Shown: positions 9,756 through 18,642 of the stretch, in pieces | How the letters are laid out: the number at the start of each line of letters is the position of its first letter | How positions within the stretch are numbered: the stretch's first letter is position 1 | DNA from: Anaerolineae bacterium | GTDB lineage: Bacteria > Chloroflexota > Anaerolineae > UBA1429 | Direction of reading: 5' to 3' | Assembly (NCBI GenBank): GCA_963675785.1 | Contig: OY776562.1 | Coordinates: forward strand, 2,272,001-2,336,000 | Length of the DNA stretch: 64,000 nucleotides | The notes under the pieces: generated by a model | Database searches by the model: none | Told to the model about the DNA's origin: nothing | Seen by the model: only the letters and a program-made list of their open reading frames with translations | Position numbers and translations under genes: made by a program

Positions 9756-10601
9756 TCACTGAGAAGGGCCAAGGTCCGGCCAACGCAGACGGTGAAGTAC
9801 GGTTTCATAGAAATAGCCGGGGCTGCCAAAGCGAATGAAACGTGCTCGGGTATCGGCAGCACGAATCACCATGGCGTCCCCAACCTCAATATCAGCATCA
9901 ACCTGGCCATCCATGGTCATCAGGGCATCAACGCCCTTGTCCAAAACCAGCTTGACGGTACTATTGGCAGGCACAACAATGGCATGCGCTACAGCCAGAT
10001 GAGCAGCAACCGGCACCAGCGTGATGCCGTTCACCCCCGGAGAGACAATAGGCCCTCCGGCCGAGAGGCAATAAGCCGTGCTGCCTGTTGGTGTAGCTAC
10101 CACAAGCCCATCGGCAGTTTGGGTCATTACATAATGGCCATCCACATACACCGAGATACGAACGGCACGAAGCGTGCCGCCACGCCCCATCACCACTTCG
10201 TTAATGGCGTTGCCCGAGAGAATACAGGCGTTATCCCGATATAGGTCGGCCTGAATCATCATGCGCTCTTCAATGAAAAAGCGTTGGGCGAGCAGGTCGG
10301 GGATGACCGCTTCGAGCGCTTCTGGTTCAATCTCAGCAAGAAACCCCAGCCGCCCCAAGTTCACACCCAACACTGGCACACTGGCGGCAGAAACAGAACG
10401 CAAGGCATTGACGATAGTACCGTCCCCACCAAAAGTCATCAAGAGTTCGAGATCGCTTGCTACAGCACATAGGGTCTCGAGATCATCACTAGTCCCCGTC
10501 CAGGTTCTGGCGCCGCCCGCCTGAAGCAACCGCTCTGCCCGACGCGCCAACTCCATCGAGTCGCTGCGTAGATTTCCGTACAGCAGGCCGATGGTTTTCA
10601 T
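9756..10601 (-). CDS. nadK: NAD kinase
   Basis: GGDGT, NLGRLGFL, NE, ADGLVVATPTGSTAY; adjacent to recN. Confidence 0.94.
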   Translation of the reverse strand: MKTIGLLYGNLRSDSMELARRAERLLQAGGARTWTGTSDDLETLCAVASDLELLMTFGGDGTIVNALRSVSAASVPVLGVNLGRLGFLAEIEPEALEAVIPDLLAQRFFIEERMMIQADLYRDNACILSGNAINEVVMGRGGTLRAVRISVYVDGHYVMTQTADGLVVATPTGSTAYCLSAGGPIVSPGVNGITLVPVAAHLAVAHAIVVPANSTVKLVLDKGVDALMTMDGQVDADIEVGDAMVIRAADTRARFIRFGSPGYFYETVLHRLRWPDLGPSQ

Positions 10602-11869
10602 CTGGCAACCTCGAGTCGACGCTGAATCGCTCCAAGCAGCTCGTCAAAAACGACGCTTTCTTGCGGAGCGTCGCTGAGCATGTCGCGCAGTACTACCTTA
10701 CCCGATTCAATCTCTTCATCGCCTATGATCACCGCCAGGGCAGCGCCAACGCGGTTGGCCGCACGAAACTGAGCCTTGATGCTGCGATCGTCAAATTCCA
10801 GGCCCGCGCTGATGTCGCTATCTCGCAACGTCTCGGCCAACTTGAGAGCCTGGCGCTTAGCTGCCGCGCCATGGTAAATCAGAGCGACTTGCTGAGAAGT
10901 TATGGCAGGAACCTCGATGCCCTGTTCTTTCATGGTCATTACCAAGCGCTCAATGCCAGAACCAAAACCAATGCCCGGCGTATGCGGGCCATCGAGCTGT
11001 TCGGCAAGGCCGTCATAACGTCCACCACCGCACACCGCATTCTGCGCGCCAATACCCGCCGCCCAAACCTCAAAGACGGTCTTGGCATAATAATCGAGGC
11101 CGCGCACCAACCGATGGTTGATAGAGTAGGGTTTACCCAGGTCATCCAGATAACCGCGCAGCACAGCAAAGTGCTCGGCGCAGTCGTCGCAAAGGTGATC
11201 CTGTATGTGCGGGGCCCCGGCAATAAGCGGTTGGCAGCTATCTTGCTTGCAATCCAAAAGGCGCAGCGGATTGCGCTCAAGGCGACGTTTGCAGTCGTCG
11301 CACAGCTCGTCAACATGCCCGCTATAGTAGGAGACCAATTCCTTTAGATAAGCCGGCCGACAGACAGGACAGCCCGTACTGTTCAACTGAAAGGCCAGAT
11401 TCTGAAAACCCAGGTTCTTGAATAGCTGCCAGGCCACTGACATGACCGTCAAATCAACCGCAGGATCGGATGAGCCGATACACTCGATATCGAATTGGGT
11501 GTGCTGGCGGTAACGACCAGCCTGCACGCGTTCATAGCGAAAGATGGGGCCAGTGGTATAGATCTTGACTGGCTGAGGAAGAGTCTTCATACCGTGCTGT
11601 AAATAGGCTCGCACCACGCCAGCGGTGAATTCAGGACGAAGAGTGATATCACGACCGCCCTTGTCCTCGAAAGAGTACATCTCTTTATCGACAATATCAG
11701 TCCCATCGCCAACACCCCGCTGAAAGAGGCTGGTCTCCTCAAAAATGGGTGTGTCAATACGCTCAAACCCAAAAAGGGCGGCAACGCGACTTATTTCGCG
11801 ATAGATATGCTGCCAGTAGGGCTGGTCCTCGGGAAGGATGTCGATCGTCCCGCGTGGTGCTACAAACAT
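10598..11869 (-). CDS. hisS: Histidine--tRNA ligase
   Basis: PRGT, LRPEFTA, FRYER, RGLDYY, GGRYDGL, GIERL. Confidence 0.97.
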   Translation of the reverse strand: MFVAPRGTIDILPEDQPYWQHIYREISRVAALFGFERIDTPIFEETSLFQRGVGDGTDIVDKEMYSFEDKGGRDITLRPEFTAGVVRAYLQHGMKTLPQPVKIYTTGPIFRYERVQAGRYRQHTQFDIECIGSSDPAVDLTVMSVAWQLFKNLGFQNLAFQLNSTGCPVCRPAYLKELVSYYSGHVDELCDDCKRRLERNPLRLLDCKQDSCQPLIAGAPHIQDHLCDDCAEHFAVLRGYLDDLGKPYSINHRLVRGLDYYAKTVFEVWAAGIGAQNAVCGGGRYDGLAEQLDGPHTPGIGFGSGIERLVMTMKEQGIEVPAITSQQVALIYHGAAAKRQALKLAETLRDSDISAGLEFDDRSIKAQFRAANRVGAALAVIIGDEEIESGKVVLRDMLSDAPQESVVFDELLGAIQRRLEVAR

Positions 11870-11902
11870 AAGAGCCTCCTGTACGCCGCACCGGGCGGCT
11901 CA

Positions 11903-12631
11903 CTACTCTTCGGTATCCAGTTTCTCTTGCCAGTATTCAAAATAGGGATCCGATATGGTCATCAACACACCCTCAGGATTCCAATCCGTCAGCCACTCGG
12001 CATGTTCGGGCGAAATTCGAATGCAGCCATGTGAAGCAGGCTGAACGCCCAACAACTCGCGTTCTTGGTACACTTTGACGTCGTCCACATACGTATAAGG
12101 CAGACTATGCACCAGTATAAGCCCCAAAGATGGATAGAGGTACCAGGCATCATCAGCATACACATCGAACGAAAAGAACGTGCCATAGTACTGGCCCACT
12201 TCGCCAGTCCAAGCTTCGGTATAGGTTGTATCCGTAGGCAGGCCTGTGCTGCAGGGCAAGCTGCGATAAAGCTGGCCAAAGATAAAAATGTTCAGCCGTT
12301 GAGTCATTTGATCCACATAGATAAAGCGGGCCAGGTCAGGATGCGTATCGTAAGGGAAGGGAGTGGGAGAGAGCGTTGGCGTACGCGTCGGACTGGTTGT
12401 CGCAGTTGGTGTGCTGGTAGCCTGTGGTGTAGGTGTCAGGGTAGCCGTAGCCGTAGCTGCCAACATAGCCGTCGCAACGGATTCAGGGGTAGCTGTATCA
12501 TCTACCACGGCAATCAGCGTAGGTTCGGCGTCAGCACTTTCCAGATGGTTCATCACCAGTGCCATAAGGCCCACAACAACAGCTATGCCCAAGATGAGGC
12601 TCAGCAGCCATCTTGTTGAGTTCATCAGCAA
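11903..12631 (-). CDS. Membrane-anchored L,D-transpeptidase (YkuD family) with Pro/Thr linker
   Basis: N-terminal TM, TPTPQATSTPT linker, HSLP...ASHGCIR catalytic motif. Confidence 0.85.
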   Translation of the reverse strand: MLMNSTRWLLSLILGIAVVVGLMALVMNHLESADAEPTLIAVVDDTATPESVATAMLAATATATLTPTPQATSTPTATTSPTRTPTLSPTPFPYDTHPDLARFIYVDQMTQRLNIFIFGQLYRSLPCSTGLPTDTTYTEAWTGEVGQYYGTFFSFDVYADDAWYLYPSLGLILVHSLPYTYVDDVKVYQERELLGVQPASHGCIRISPEHAEWLTDWNPEGVLMTISDPYFEYWQEKLDTEE

Positions 12632-12654
12632 TCAATCATCCTCTATAACTAGCA

Positions 12655-13299
12655 TTATTCGAGATTCAAACGTTTCTCGAGATCCTTGAGAGCGCTCTGA
12701 AGCTGTTCCTGACGAACAGCGGTCGTAAGATCGCCGCGCGTTTTTTCGGTTACGCCACGCACCATATCCGTGGTGCGTCGCAAACCGCGCGTCAGCGAAT
12801 CGGGAAAATCAATGGTCACCAGCTGGCTGTAGACATCATCCATAATCGTCAGAATGTGCTCAGCCTCGTCAATATCGCCCCGGCGAATAGAATCCAAAGC
12901 GAAACGGCGCATTTCGCCAATGGCCTCAGCCAGGCCATTCAGATAAGCAGCCCCGTCGGCATCCAGAGATTCCGGCGTAGGCAAGGGTTCATCTGTCACA
13001 AAGGCCAGCGTGCAAGAAGCCTCAACGAGTTCTTTGATAGCATCCTGCAAGTATCCCGCATAGTAGACATCCGGAAAAGTGCGGGCATCCTCGCACATTA
13101 TCTGGGCCGCCTCTTGAGCCTTGCCCAACAATTCACGGGCCAGATCGTAATCATGTCGATGTGTGGCCCGAATGCTGTTAGCACAATATCGAATCAGAGC
13201 CCTAGAACGAGTCAAAGTCAGATCACGGGTCTCGTTCTTCGCCGTAAGATCATCACAAATTCCCTGAACGATCTGCTCTAATTGCTGCGATTCAAACAT
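12655..13299 (-). CDS. Translin/TRAX-family protein (C3PO-like, probable endoribonuclease)
   Basis: All-helical 214 aa; KELVEA and YLNGLAEAIGEMRRFALD match translin/Trax motifs. Confidence 0.8.
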   Translation of the reverse strand: MFESQQLEQIVQGICDDLTAKNETRDLTLTRSRALIRYCANSIRATHRHDYDLARELLGKAQEAAQIMCEDARTFPDVYYAGYLQDAIKELVEASCTLAFVTDEPLPTPESLDADGAAYLNGLAEAIGEMRRFALDSIRRGDIDEAEHILTIMDDVYSQLVTIDFPDSLTRGLRRTTDMVRGVTEKTRGDLTTAVRQEQLQSALKDLEKRLNLE

Positions 13300-13323
13300 G
13301 ATGCCCCCTCGTGTTTGTTGCCC

Positions 13324-14694
13324 TTATTCTACTGAGGAAAACACTACCCACGTAATCTTGCCAAATTGGGTGGGCACGTCAATAGGTGCAGAATCCAAAC
13401 TATCAAGGCTCACCGTATAGGTGGCCTCGGTGTCGAGGCCGTCAAAGGAGAACTGGCCCAGGCCATCCGTCGTGTGGGTTACAGTCCAGTTCCAGGCTTG
13501 GATCCGCACTACAACGTTGGCCACACCTTTACCAGATGAATCCAAAACCTGCCCGCGGATCAGAATCCATCCAGCAGAGCCGCCATCACGTACTTCGTAG
13601 GTTGCAGTAAAAGTGCCCTTGGGAACAATGGCACTGGAATCGCTATCAACCGGAGGCAAAGTAAGGCAGTATTCTTCCGCTTCTGCTGCTTTTTCGGCCA
13701 AGCCGTCCGCACTGCCAATCTGCAATGCACGCGAATAAGCCTGTTCAGCCGAACACCAGGCATCCTGATCTCCCATGAAATCGCCATAGTTTACGAGGGC
13801 ATCAAACAAACGGGCGCGCACATCCAAATAGCTAGGGGCAATCTCATACAATGCCTCAAACTCTTCTACTGTGCTTTCCCAATCGGCGCCCCAATAGCTC
13901 ATCGCATTCATATACTCTGTCGCCAACTCGAGTTGAAGCCGGGCCTCATCATCACTGGCGTCAATGGCGAGAGCCCGATTGTACATGCGGATGGCCTCTT
14001 CAATGCGGCCTTCATCAATCAGATCAAGCCCAGAATAATAATAGGCGTCAAAAAGCATTTCATCGACCTTTGTCCGTTGATAGGTCGAATCCACAGACCA
14101 CAACTGATCCGTGGTAGATATCACCTCTGACCAGTTTTCTGCCTCATACGCCTCTATGACTAGAGCAAAATAAGCCTCGTTCATTGCCTCACCCAGTACC
14201 GGCGTGGGCGAAGGGAAAGCATTGAGATGCTGTTGGGCCTCTAACAATATCTCGCTGGCCCCGGGGTAGTCTGCATTGATAGCCAGAACATACTCTAGTT
14301 CGGCAATAGCCAGTTCATATTCTCGAGCCTCAAAATGCTCGATCCCGCGTTCGTAATGCACATCTGCTGAATCGGTAACACTCGCTTCGCGATCCTTGAG
14401 GCCAAGATAGATAGCCCCCAGCGCCAGCCCAACAAGAGCCAACAGCAAAGCTAAACCGGCGATGATGACAGTGGCATTATGCAACGGGCTGCGCCTGGTC
14501 GGTTGAACAGGCGATTCGGAGAGTTCATCTCCCTCTGCCGTCTCCTCAACCGTTGCATCATCCAGCGCAAAAGGCTCTTGCTCAGATGGTTCGATAGCAG
14601 GCGCCTCTTTTGCGACACGTTGACGCCCACATTTGGGGCAGAACATTTGATTTTCGGCCAATTCCTGGCCACAGAACGGACAGTTTTCTACCAT
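13324..14694 (-). CDS. Zinc-ribbon/TM/TPR protein with C-terminal carboxypeptidase-regulatory-like beta domain
   Basis: CPFCG...FCPKCG, one TM segment, TPR-like helices, IRGQVLDSSGKGVANVVVRI...TDGLGQFSF. Confidence 0.75.
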   Translation of the reverse strand: MVENCPFCGQELAENQMFCPKCGRQRVAKEAPAIEPSEQEPFALDDATVEETAEGDELSESPVQPTRRSPLHNATVIIAGLALLLALVGLALGAIYLGLKDREASVTDSADVHYERGIEHFEAREYELAIAELEYVLAINADYPGASEILLEAQQHLNAFPSPTPVLGEAMNEAYFALVIEAYEAENWSEVISTTDQLWSVDSTYQRTKVDEMLFDAYYYSGLDLIDEGRIEEAIRMYNRALAIDASDDEARLQLELATEYMNAMSYWGADWESTVEEFEALYEIAPSYLDVRARLFDALVNYGDFMGDQDAWCSAEQAYSRALQIGSADGLAEKAAEAEEYCLTLPPVDSDSSAIVPKGTFTATYEVRDGGSAGWILIRGQVLDSSGKGVANVVVRIQAWNWTVTHTTDGLGQFSFDGLDTEATYTVSLDSLDSAPIDVPTQFGKITWVVFSSVE

Positions 14695-16253
14695 ACCACC
14701 AATTCCAACGCTTGATCGTTCAGCGTTATCTCGACTTGAACAGTATCACCCGTGCCAACCGATCCAAGATCAAATTGATCCTCAAAAGCCGCTGACGGCG
14801 ATACGTTGACTTCTTGGACCAGCAGCAGGGAATCTCCAACCAGTATGCGCACATTGCCCGAGCAAGGAATCCGCGAAACGATGCCCAAATCAAGCCGAGA
14901 GCCCTCGCGAATCGCAGAAACCGCCAGGTCATCGCTGACAGTCGTCAGCTCCTCCAGGCCCGAAACCACCCACCACGTCTCCTGCCATCCGGCAGAAGCA
15001 CCGGGTTCAAGGTAGCGTTCTGTATCAAAGGCCGTTGTCAGGCCACCCCACATCTCAAAATACTTGGAACCGTCTGCGGTGTACTGGCCCGTATCACCAA
15101 AGTCAGAGCCAAAACCAAACATCTTGGTGCCCTGTACACTTGCATCAAAGGTGCGCACCATGCCGATGCGCGTCTCAGGCTCGTACACTCCCGAGGCTGA
15201 GGCGCTTAGCTCAGGAGCGAAAAAGCCCAACCAGTTTTGCCAGTTGCTGTACAAGCTCCAATCCGTGCCGGCATAGTTAGGCCAGCTCATCCATTCCCCC
15301 GCAGCTGGCAGCTGGTTGTCACCACGGCTGTGCACAATCACACGTTCTGCCGGGCAATAGACGACCAGCCTATCGCTCACGCTATCACCTGCTGGTGCCA
15401 TCATACCGTTGACCCAGTATTGGCAAGCTGCAATCTCATCACCGACATTGGTAATAGCCATTGCAAGGTCAAAGCCGGCTGAATCCACGGGAAGAGTAAT
15501 ATCGGCACGAGCAGACAAGTTGCGCATCGTATCCAGACACTGCATTCGGGCCGTTACCGAGCCATCTGCGTTAGTCCACACAGTACAATCCCAGGGTTCC
15601 GCTGTCAGGTAACCGTGTTCCTCAACAGGCAGACAAAACTCTAGCCCGCCAATGGCCAGCCACCACCCCTGCTCCTCCGGTCCCCAATGTGTCGGCTTGA
15701 GAACAGGCGTCTGGTAAAACAGTTCTTGGCCTGTGGGTAAAAATACACAACGGTAGATCCGCCCGCCAAGTTCCGGAATCAGTGTCAATTCCAAGTAAGC
15801 GTTGCGCAATATAACCGTATCACAAGTCCGTGAAACTATGCCCCCAACCAGACCCCAATCTAAATGGGGATAGGTCAGCTCTGGCGAATAGTAGAGTGCC
15901 TCGCTGAGATCATAGGCCTGCAACACTATGGTACCATATTCTACGCTCACCGCTTGCGGATTTTCGGCAACTGGTGTTAGCGTAGCCAAAGCCGGCTGAG
16001 TTGGAATGGGCGTCAGTCCCGGCTCAGTTGGTAATGCCGTAATAGTTAGTGCGGGTAAAGGCGTTGCAGTAGCTGTAATGGCGCAAGTCGTCGTCTTTGT
16101 CGGTGTGCAGGTTTTTGTCACAGCCGGCATTGTTGTAAGCACAGCAGCAATCGTTGGCACCGCTGTCACTATAGCTGCCGGTGTATTTCCCCGGCATCCC
16201 CCGATTAATAGAGACGCAACAACAAGCACAAGTATGACCCGCTGCCTACGCAC
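14688..16253 (-). CDS. Putative lipoprotein with DUF5107-like (galactose-mutarotase-like) domain
   Basis: Lipobox LIGGC after a signal peptide from GTG 16253, Pro/Thr linker, LRNAYLELTLIPELGGRIY and GGLEF motifs. Confidence 0.65.
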   Translation of the reverse strand: MRRQRVILVLVVASLLIGGCRGNTPAAIVTAVPTIAAVLTTMPAVTKTCTPTKTTTCAITATATPLPALTITALPTEPGLTPIPTQPALATLTPVAENPQAVSVEYGTIVLQAYDLSEALYYSPELTYPHLDWGLVGGIVSRTCDTVILRNAYLELTLIPELGGRIYRCVFLPTGQELFYQTPVLKPTHWGPEEQGWWLAIGGLEFCLPVEEHGYLTAEPWDCTVWTNADGSVTARMQCLDTMRNLSARADITLPVDSAGFDLAMAITNVGDEIAACQYWVNGMMAPAGDSVSDRLVVYCPAERVIVHSRGDNQLPAAGEWMSWPNYAGTDWSLYSNWQNWLGFFAPELSASASGVYEPETRIGMVRTFDASVQGTKMFGFGSDFGDTGQYTADGSKYFEMWGGLTTAFDTERYLEPGASAGWQETWWVVSGLEELTTVSDDLAVSAIREGSRLDLGIVSRIPCSGNVRILVGDSLLLVQEVNVSPSAAFEDQFDLGSVGTGDTVQVEITLNDQALELVVW

Positions 16254-16394
16254 CTTGTCTCCTTTGCCAGCATGTCCGCTGATTATAGCTTTGCGGAACA
16301 AGAGTGTCCAAACCCGGTTACACTGAATCAAGCCTTTGTCGCATCCCTGCACCATGCTATAATCACCCCCTAGACGACACTTGTGGGAGCGTGC

Positions 16395-17513
16395 ATGTTT
16401 CTCGATACCCGAAGGTCCGATACGAAAAAGCCGCGATGGCCCTGGTTCATTTCCATAGCCATCGCCATGTTTCTTGCCTGGTCACTCTATGACCAACAGG
16501 TCGAGATTCTTGAGCTTGTGAGCGGGCCACTGCCAACAGCTACTCCCACAGAAATCAGCCCCCTCGAACATGTGGCCTATGGTGATCAACTGCTGCTCAA
16601 CGGCCAGATGGCCCTGGCGCTAGAACATTATGAACGGGCCATCGCCATGGATCCCTCCTATGCAGAAGCCTATGCTAAACGAGCTCGGGCATTGCTCCTT
16701 GATGGGCAGACTGATACCGCTGTCGAGGTTGCTCAGCAAGGCGCGGAGATCGATCCTGAATCCGCGCGCTGCCAGACAGCCCTATCCATGGCCTTGGACT
16801 GGGATGGCCGCGTGGAAGAGGCCGTGGCCGCTGGCATGAAAGCCACCAGCCTGGATAAGGACTATGCCCCGGGGCATGCTGCACTTGCTGAGGCATTGGC
16901 AGACCAAGGGCTTATTGAAGATGCGCTCGGCCATGCCACTACGAGCCTTGAACTCGCACCAGAGAACCCCTTTGCCCTGCGTGCCATGGGCTATGTATAC
17001 GAGGTTCAGGGTGAATATGAAACCGCTATCAGCTATTATGAACAGGCAAAAGCTATTACGCCCAATCTCGCCTATATTTTACTAGATCTTGGCCGTAATT
17101 ATCGCGCTCTGGGTTTGTGGGAAGAGGCCGTTCTAGTCTTTGAGCAAGCCATCAGCCTGGCCCCGGATGATGTCCGTGGATACGATCAATTGGGCTGGAC
17201 CTATTATGTACAAAGCCTTTACAGTGCAGCGGTTCAATCCCTCGAAGAAGCTATAGAGGTCAATCCTGATTATGCTACAGCTTATGGACACCTAGGCGTC
17301 GTGCTATATGTGTCTCGTGATTATGAGACCGCCATTCCCAATTTTCAGCAGGCCATATCGCTGGGCGCGCAAAACGAAGAGTACTATTACGAATTGGGAT
17401 TCTGTTACGTCTATATCGACGAATGCGAAGAAGCAATTCCTTACTTTGAGCAAGCCCTGATTATCAATCCCTCTAGCGAGGTGGCGGCGCAGGGTCTGGA
17501 AATGTGTCAGTAG
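16395..17513 (+). CDS. Membrane-anchored tetratricopeptide repeat protein
   Basis: N-terminal TM then about 9 TPR repeats (e.g. AYGHLGVVLYVSRDYETAIPNFQQAISL). Confidence 0.88.
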   Translation: MFLDTRRSDTKKPRWPWFISIAIAMFLAWSLYDQQVEILELVSGPLPTATPTEISPLEHVAYGDQLLLNGQMALALEHYERAIAMDPSYAEAYAKRARALLLDGQTDTAVEVAQQGAEIDPESARCQTALSMALDWDGRVEEAVAAGMKATSLDKDYAPGHAALAEALADQGLIEDALGHATTSLELAPENPFALRAMGYVYEVQGEYETAISYYEQAKAITPNLAYILLDLGRNYRALGLWEEAVLVFEQAISLAPDDVRGYDQLGWTYYVQSLYSAAVQSLEEAIEVNPDYATAYGHLGVVLYVSRDYETAIPNFQQAISLGAQNEEYYYELGFCYVYIDECEEAIPYFEQALIINPSSEVAAQGLEMCQ

Positions 17514-17525
17514 AATTCAGGAATT

Positions 17526-17681
17526 ATGAAAAAGAGAAACAACAAGATTATCTGGCTGCTATCCGTCATTGTCGTCATCAGTATGTTGTGCAGCCTGATC
17601 GCGACTATGAATTTTGGCTCCGAAACAGAACCCACCGCCACTCCAACGCTGGTGCTCCTCTATCCGACGAGCCGTCCATAG
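17526..17681 (+). CDS. Small single-TM protein (51 aa)
   Basis: Manual translation MKKRNNKIIWLLSVIVVISMLCSLIATMNFGSETEPTATPTLVLLYPTSRP; AGGA RBS; fills the gap between two co-oriented genes. Confidence 0.6.
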   Translation: MKKRNNKIIWLLSVIVVISMLCSLIATMNFGSETEPTATPTLVLLYPTSRP

Positions 17682-17703
17682 TGCATCGCGAGGCACATGA
17701 CCC

Positions 17704-18408
17704 ATGCTAGTGAATCTTTGGCATAACGCAATCTGGAGAGCACTGCTCGGCGGATGCATCTTTGTTATTCTTTCTGCAATCGCTACCCTGATCTTGGGCC
17801 AGAAACAAAAGAAAAACGGCCGCCTGTATATGTTGATCTATACAGCAGCCGTTATCATATTCGCTTTTCTGGGCCTTGTCGCGGGCGCTTTTTCACCGAC
17901 GCGCCTGGGCATTCAAATCCCTAATTGGCCGGGCGATTTCATCATCGCTGGCATTGTCGCAATCGCAGCCATCATCTGGCTGTTTTTACTCCTATATCCC
18001 TTTCAGCCCACAGTGCGCGCCAGGCTCACCCTGGATCACACACCTTTGGCCAACCTGGCTCTCTGCTCTATCTGCGATGAGACTTCACTGGCCATTGCCA
18101 GAGCAGCTCTTGCGCCACTGGCCGGATTCTACACGGCGATCTGGTTAGCTCCACTAGTAAACATGCTACTCTCGCTAACAGACCCCAAAACGCACCAGCA
18201 GCTTGCCACACCAGGTGGACGAAGACTAGCGCTGCTTCGTTGGATTTTGGATTGGACTTCGTCCCTCACCCTATTCCTGATTGGGAATGTCTGGCTGGCT
18301 CTCGCAGTCAGGCTGATCATACGGGGCGCCTTTGAACTCGCTATTCGCATCCCCAGCCTCATCGCCTCGCAGCAATCCGTCCTAGAGGAAAAAGGAGAGA
18401 ATAATTAA
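17704..18408 (+). CDS. Integral membrane protein of unknown function (possibly degenerate CPBP/Abi-like)
   Basis: Several hydrophobic segments; GAGG RBS. Confidence 0.6.
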   Translation: MLVNLWHNAIWRALLGGCIFVILSAIATLILGQKQKKNGRLYMLIYTAAVIIFAFLGLVAGAFSPTRLGIQIPNWPGDFIIAGIVAIAAIIWLFLLLYPFQPTVRARLTLDHTPLANLALCSICDETSLAIARAALAPLAGFYTAIWLAPLVNMLLSLTDPKTHQQLATPGGRRLALLRWILDWTSSLTLFLIGNVWLALAVRLIIRGAFELAIRIPSLIASQQSVLEEKGENN

Positions 18409-18570
18409 CACACCAAAAAGACCGGCAGCAATCAAGCCAATCTTTTTTAGATCACCCAAGACGTATTTATACTCTTCAGCAAAGTCAACAACGGGAGCTT
18501 TTTTGTTTTGCTTCTGAGACTGAGCACTGCTCACTGCTACACGCTTTTTCTTGGCCACACTTTTCTCCAT
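18382..18570 (-). CDS. Small protein with basic N-terminus and C-terminal TM (62 aa)
   Basis: DFAEEYKYVLGDLKKIGLIAAGLFGVLIILSFFL; TTGACG-N16-TATACT promoter candidate at 18604-18631. Confidence 0.65.
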   Translation of the reverse strand: MEKSVAKKKRVAVSSAQSQKQNKKAPVVDFAEEYKYVLGDLKKIGLIAAGLFGVLIILSFFL

Positions 18571-18642
18571 ATTCTAGAGAATGTTCATCCTCATGCGAGG
18601 CATAGTATAACCCCGACAACGGCGCCGTCAAAGAAACCCTAA

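Noticed and set aside
1280-10601. nadD, NUDIX and nadK as a dedicated NAD operon
   Set aside because: They are separated by unrelated genes and a convergent terminator; obgE-nadD and nadK-recN are ordinary conserved neighbourhoods
12360-12470. Low-complexity repeats (GTAGCC-type) as a DNA repeat element
   Set aside because: They encode the Pro/Thr/Ala linker of the L,D-transpeptidase
12655-13299. Haloacid dehalogenase annotation sometimes given to such proteins
   Set aside because: No DxD/Rossmannoid HAD motifs; the sequence is all-helical with translin motifs
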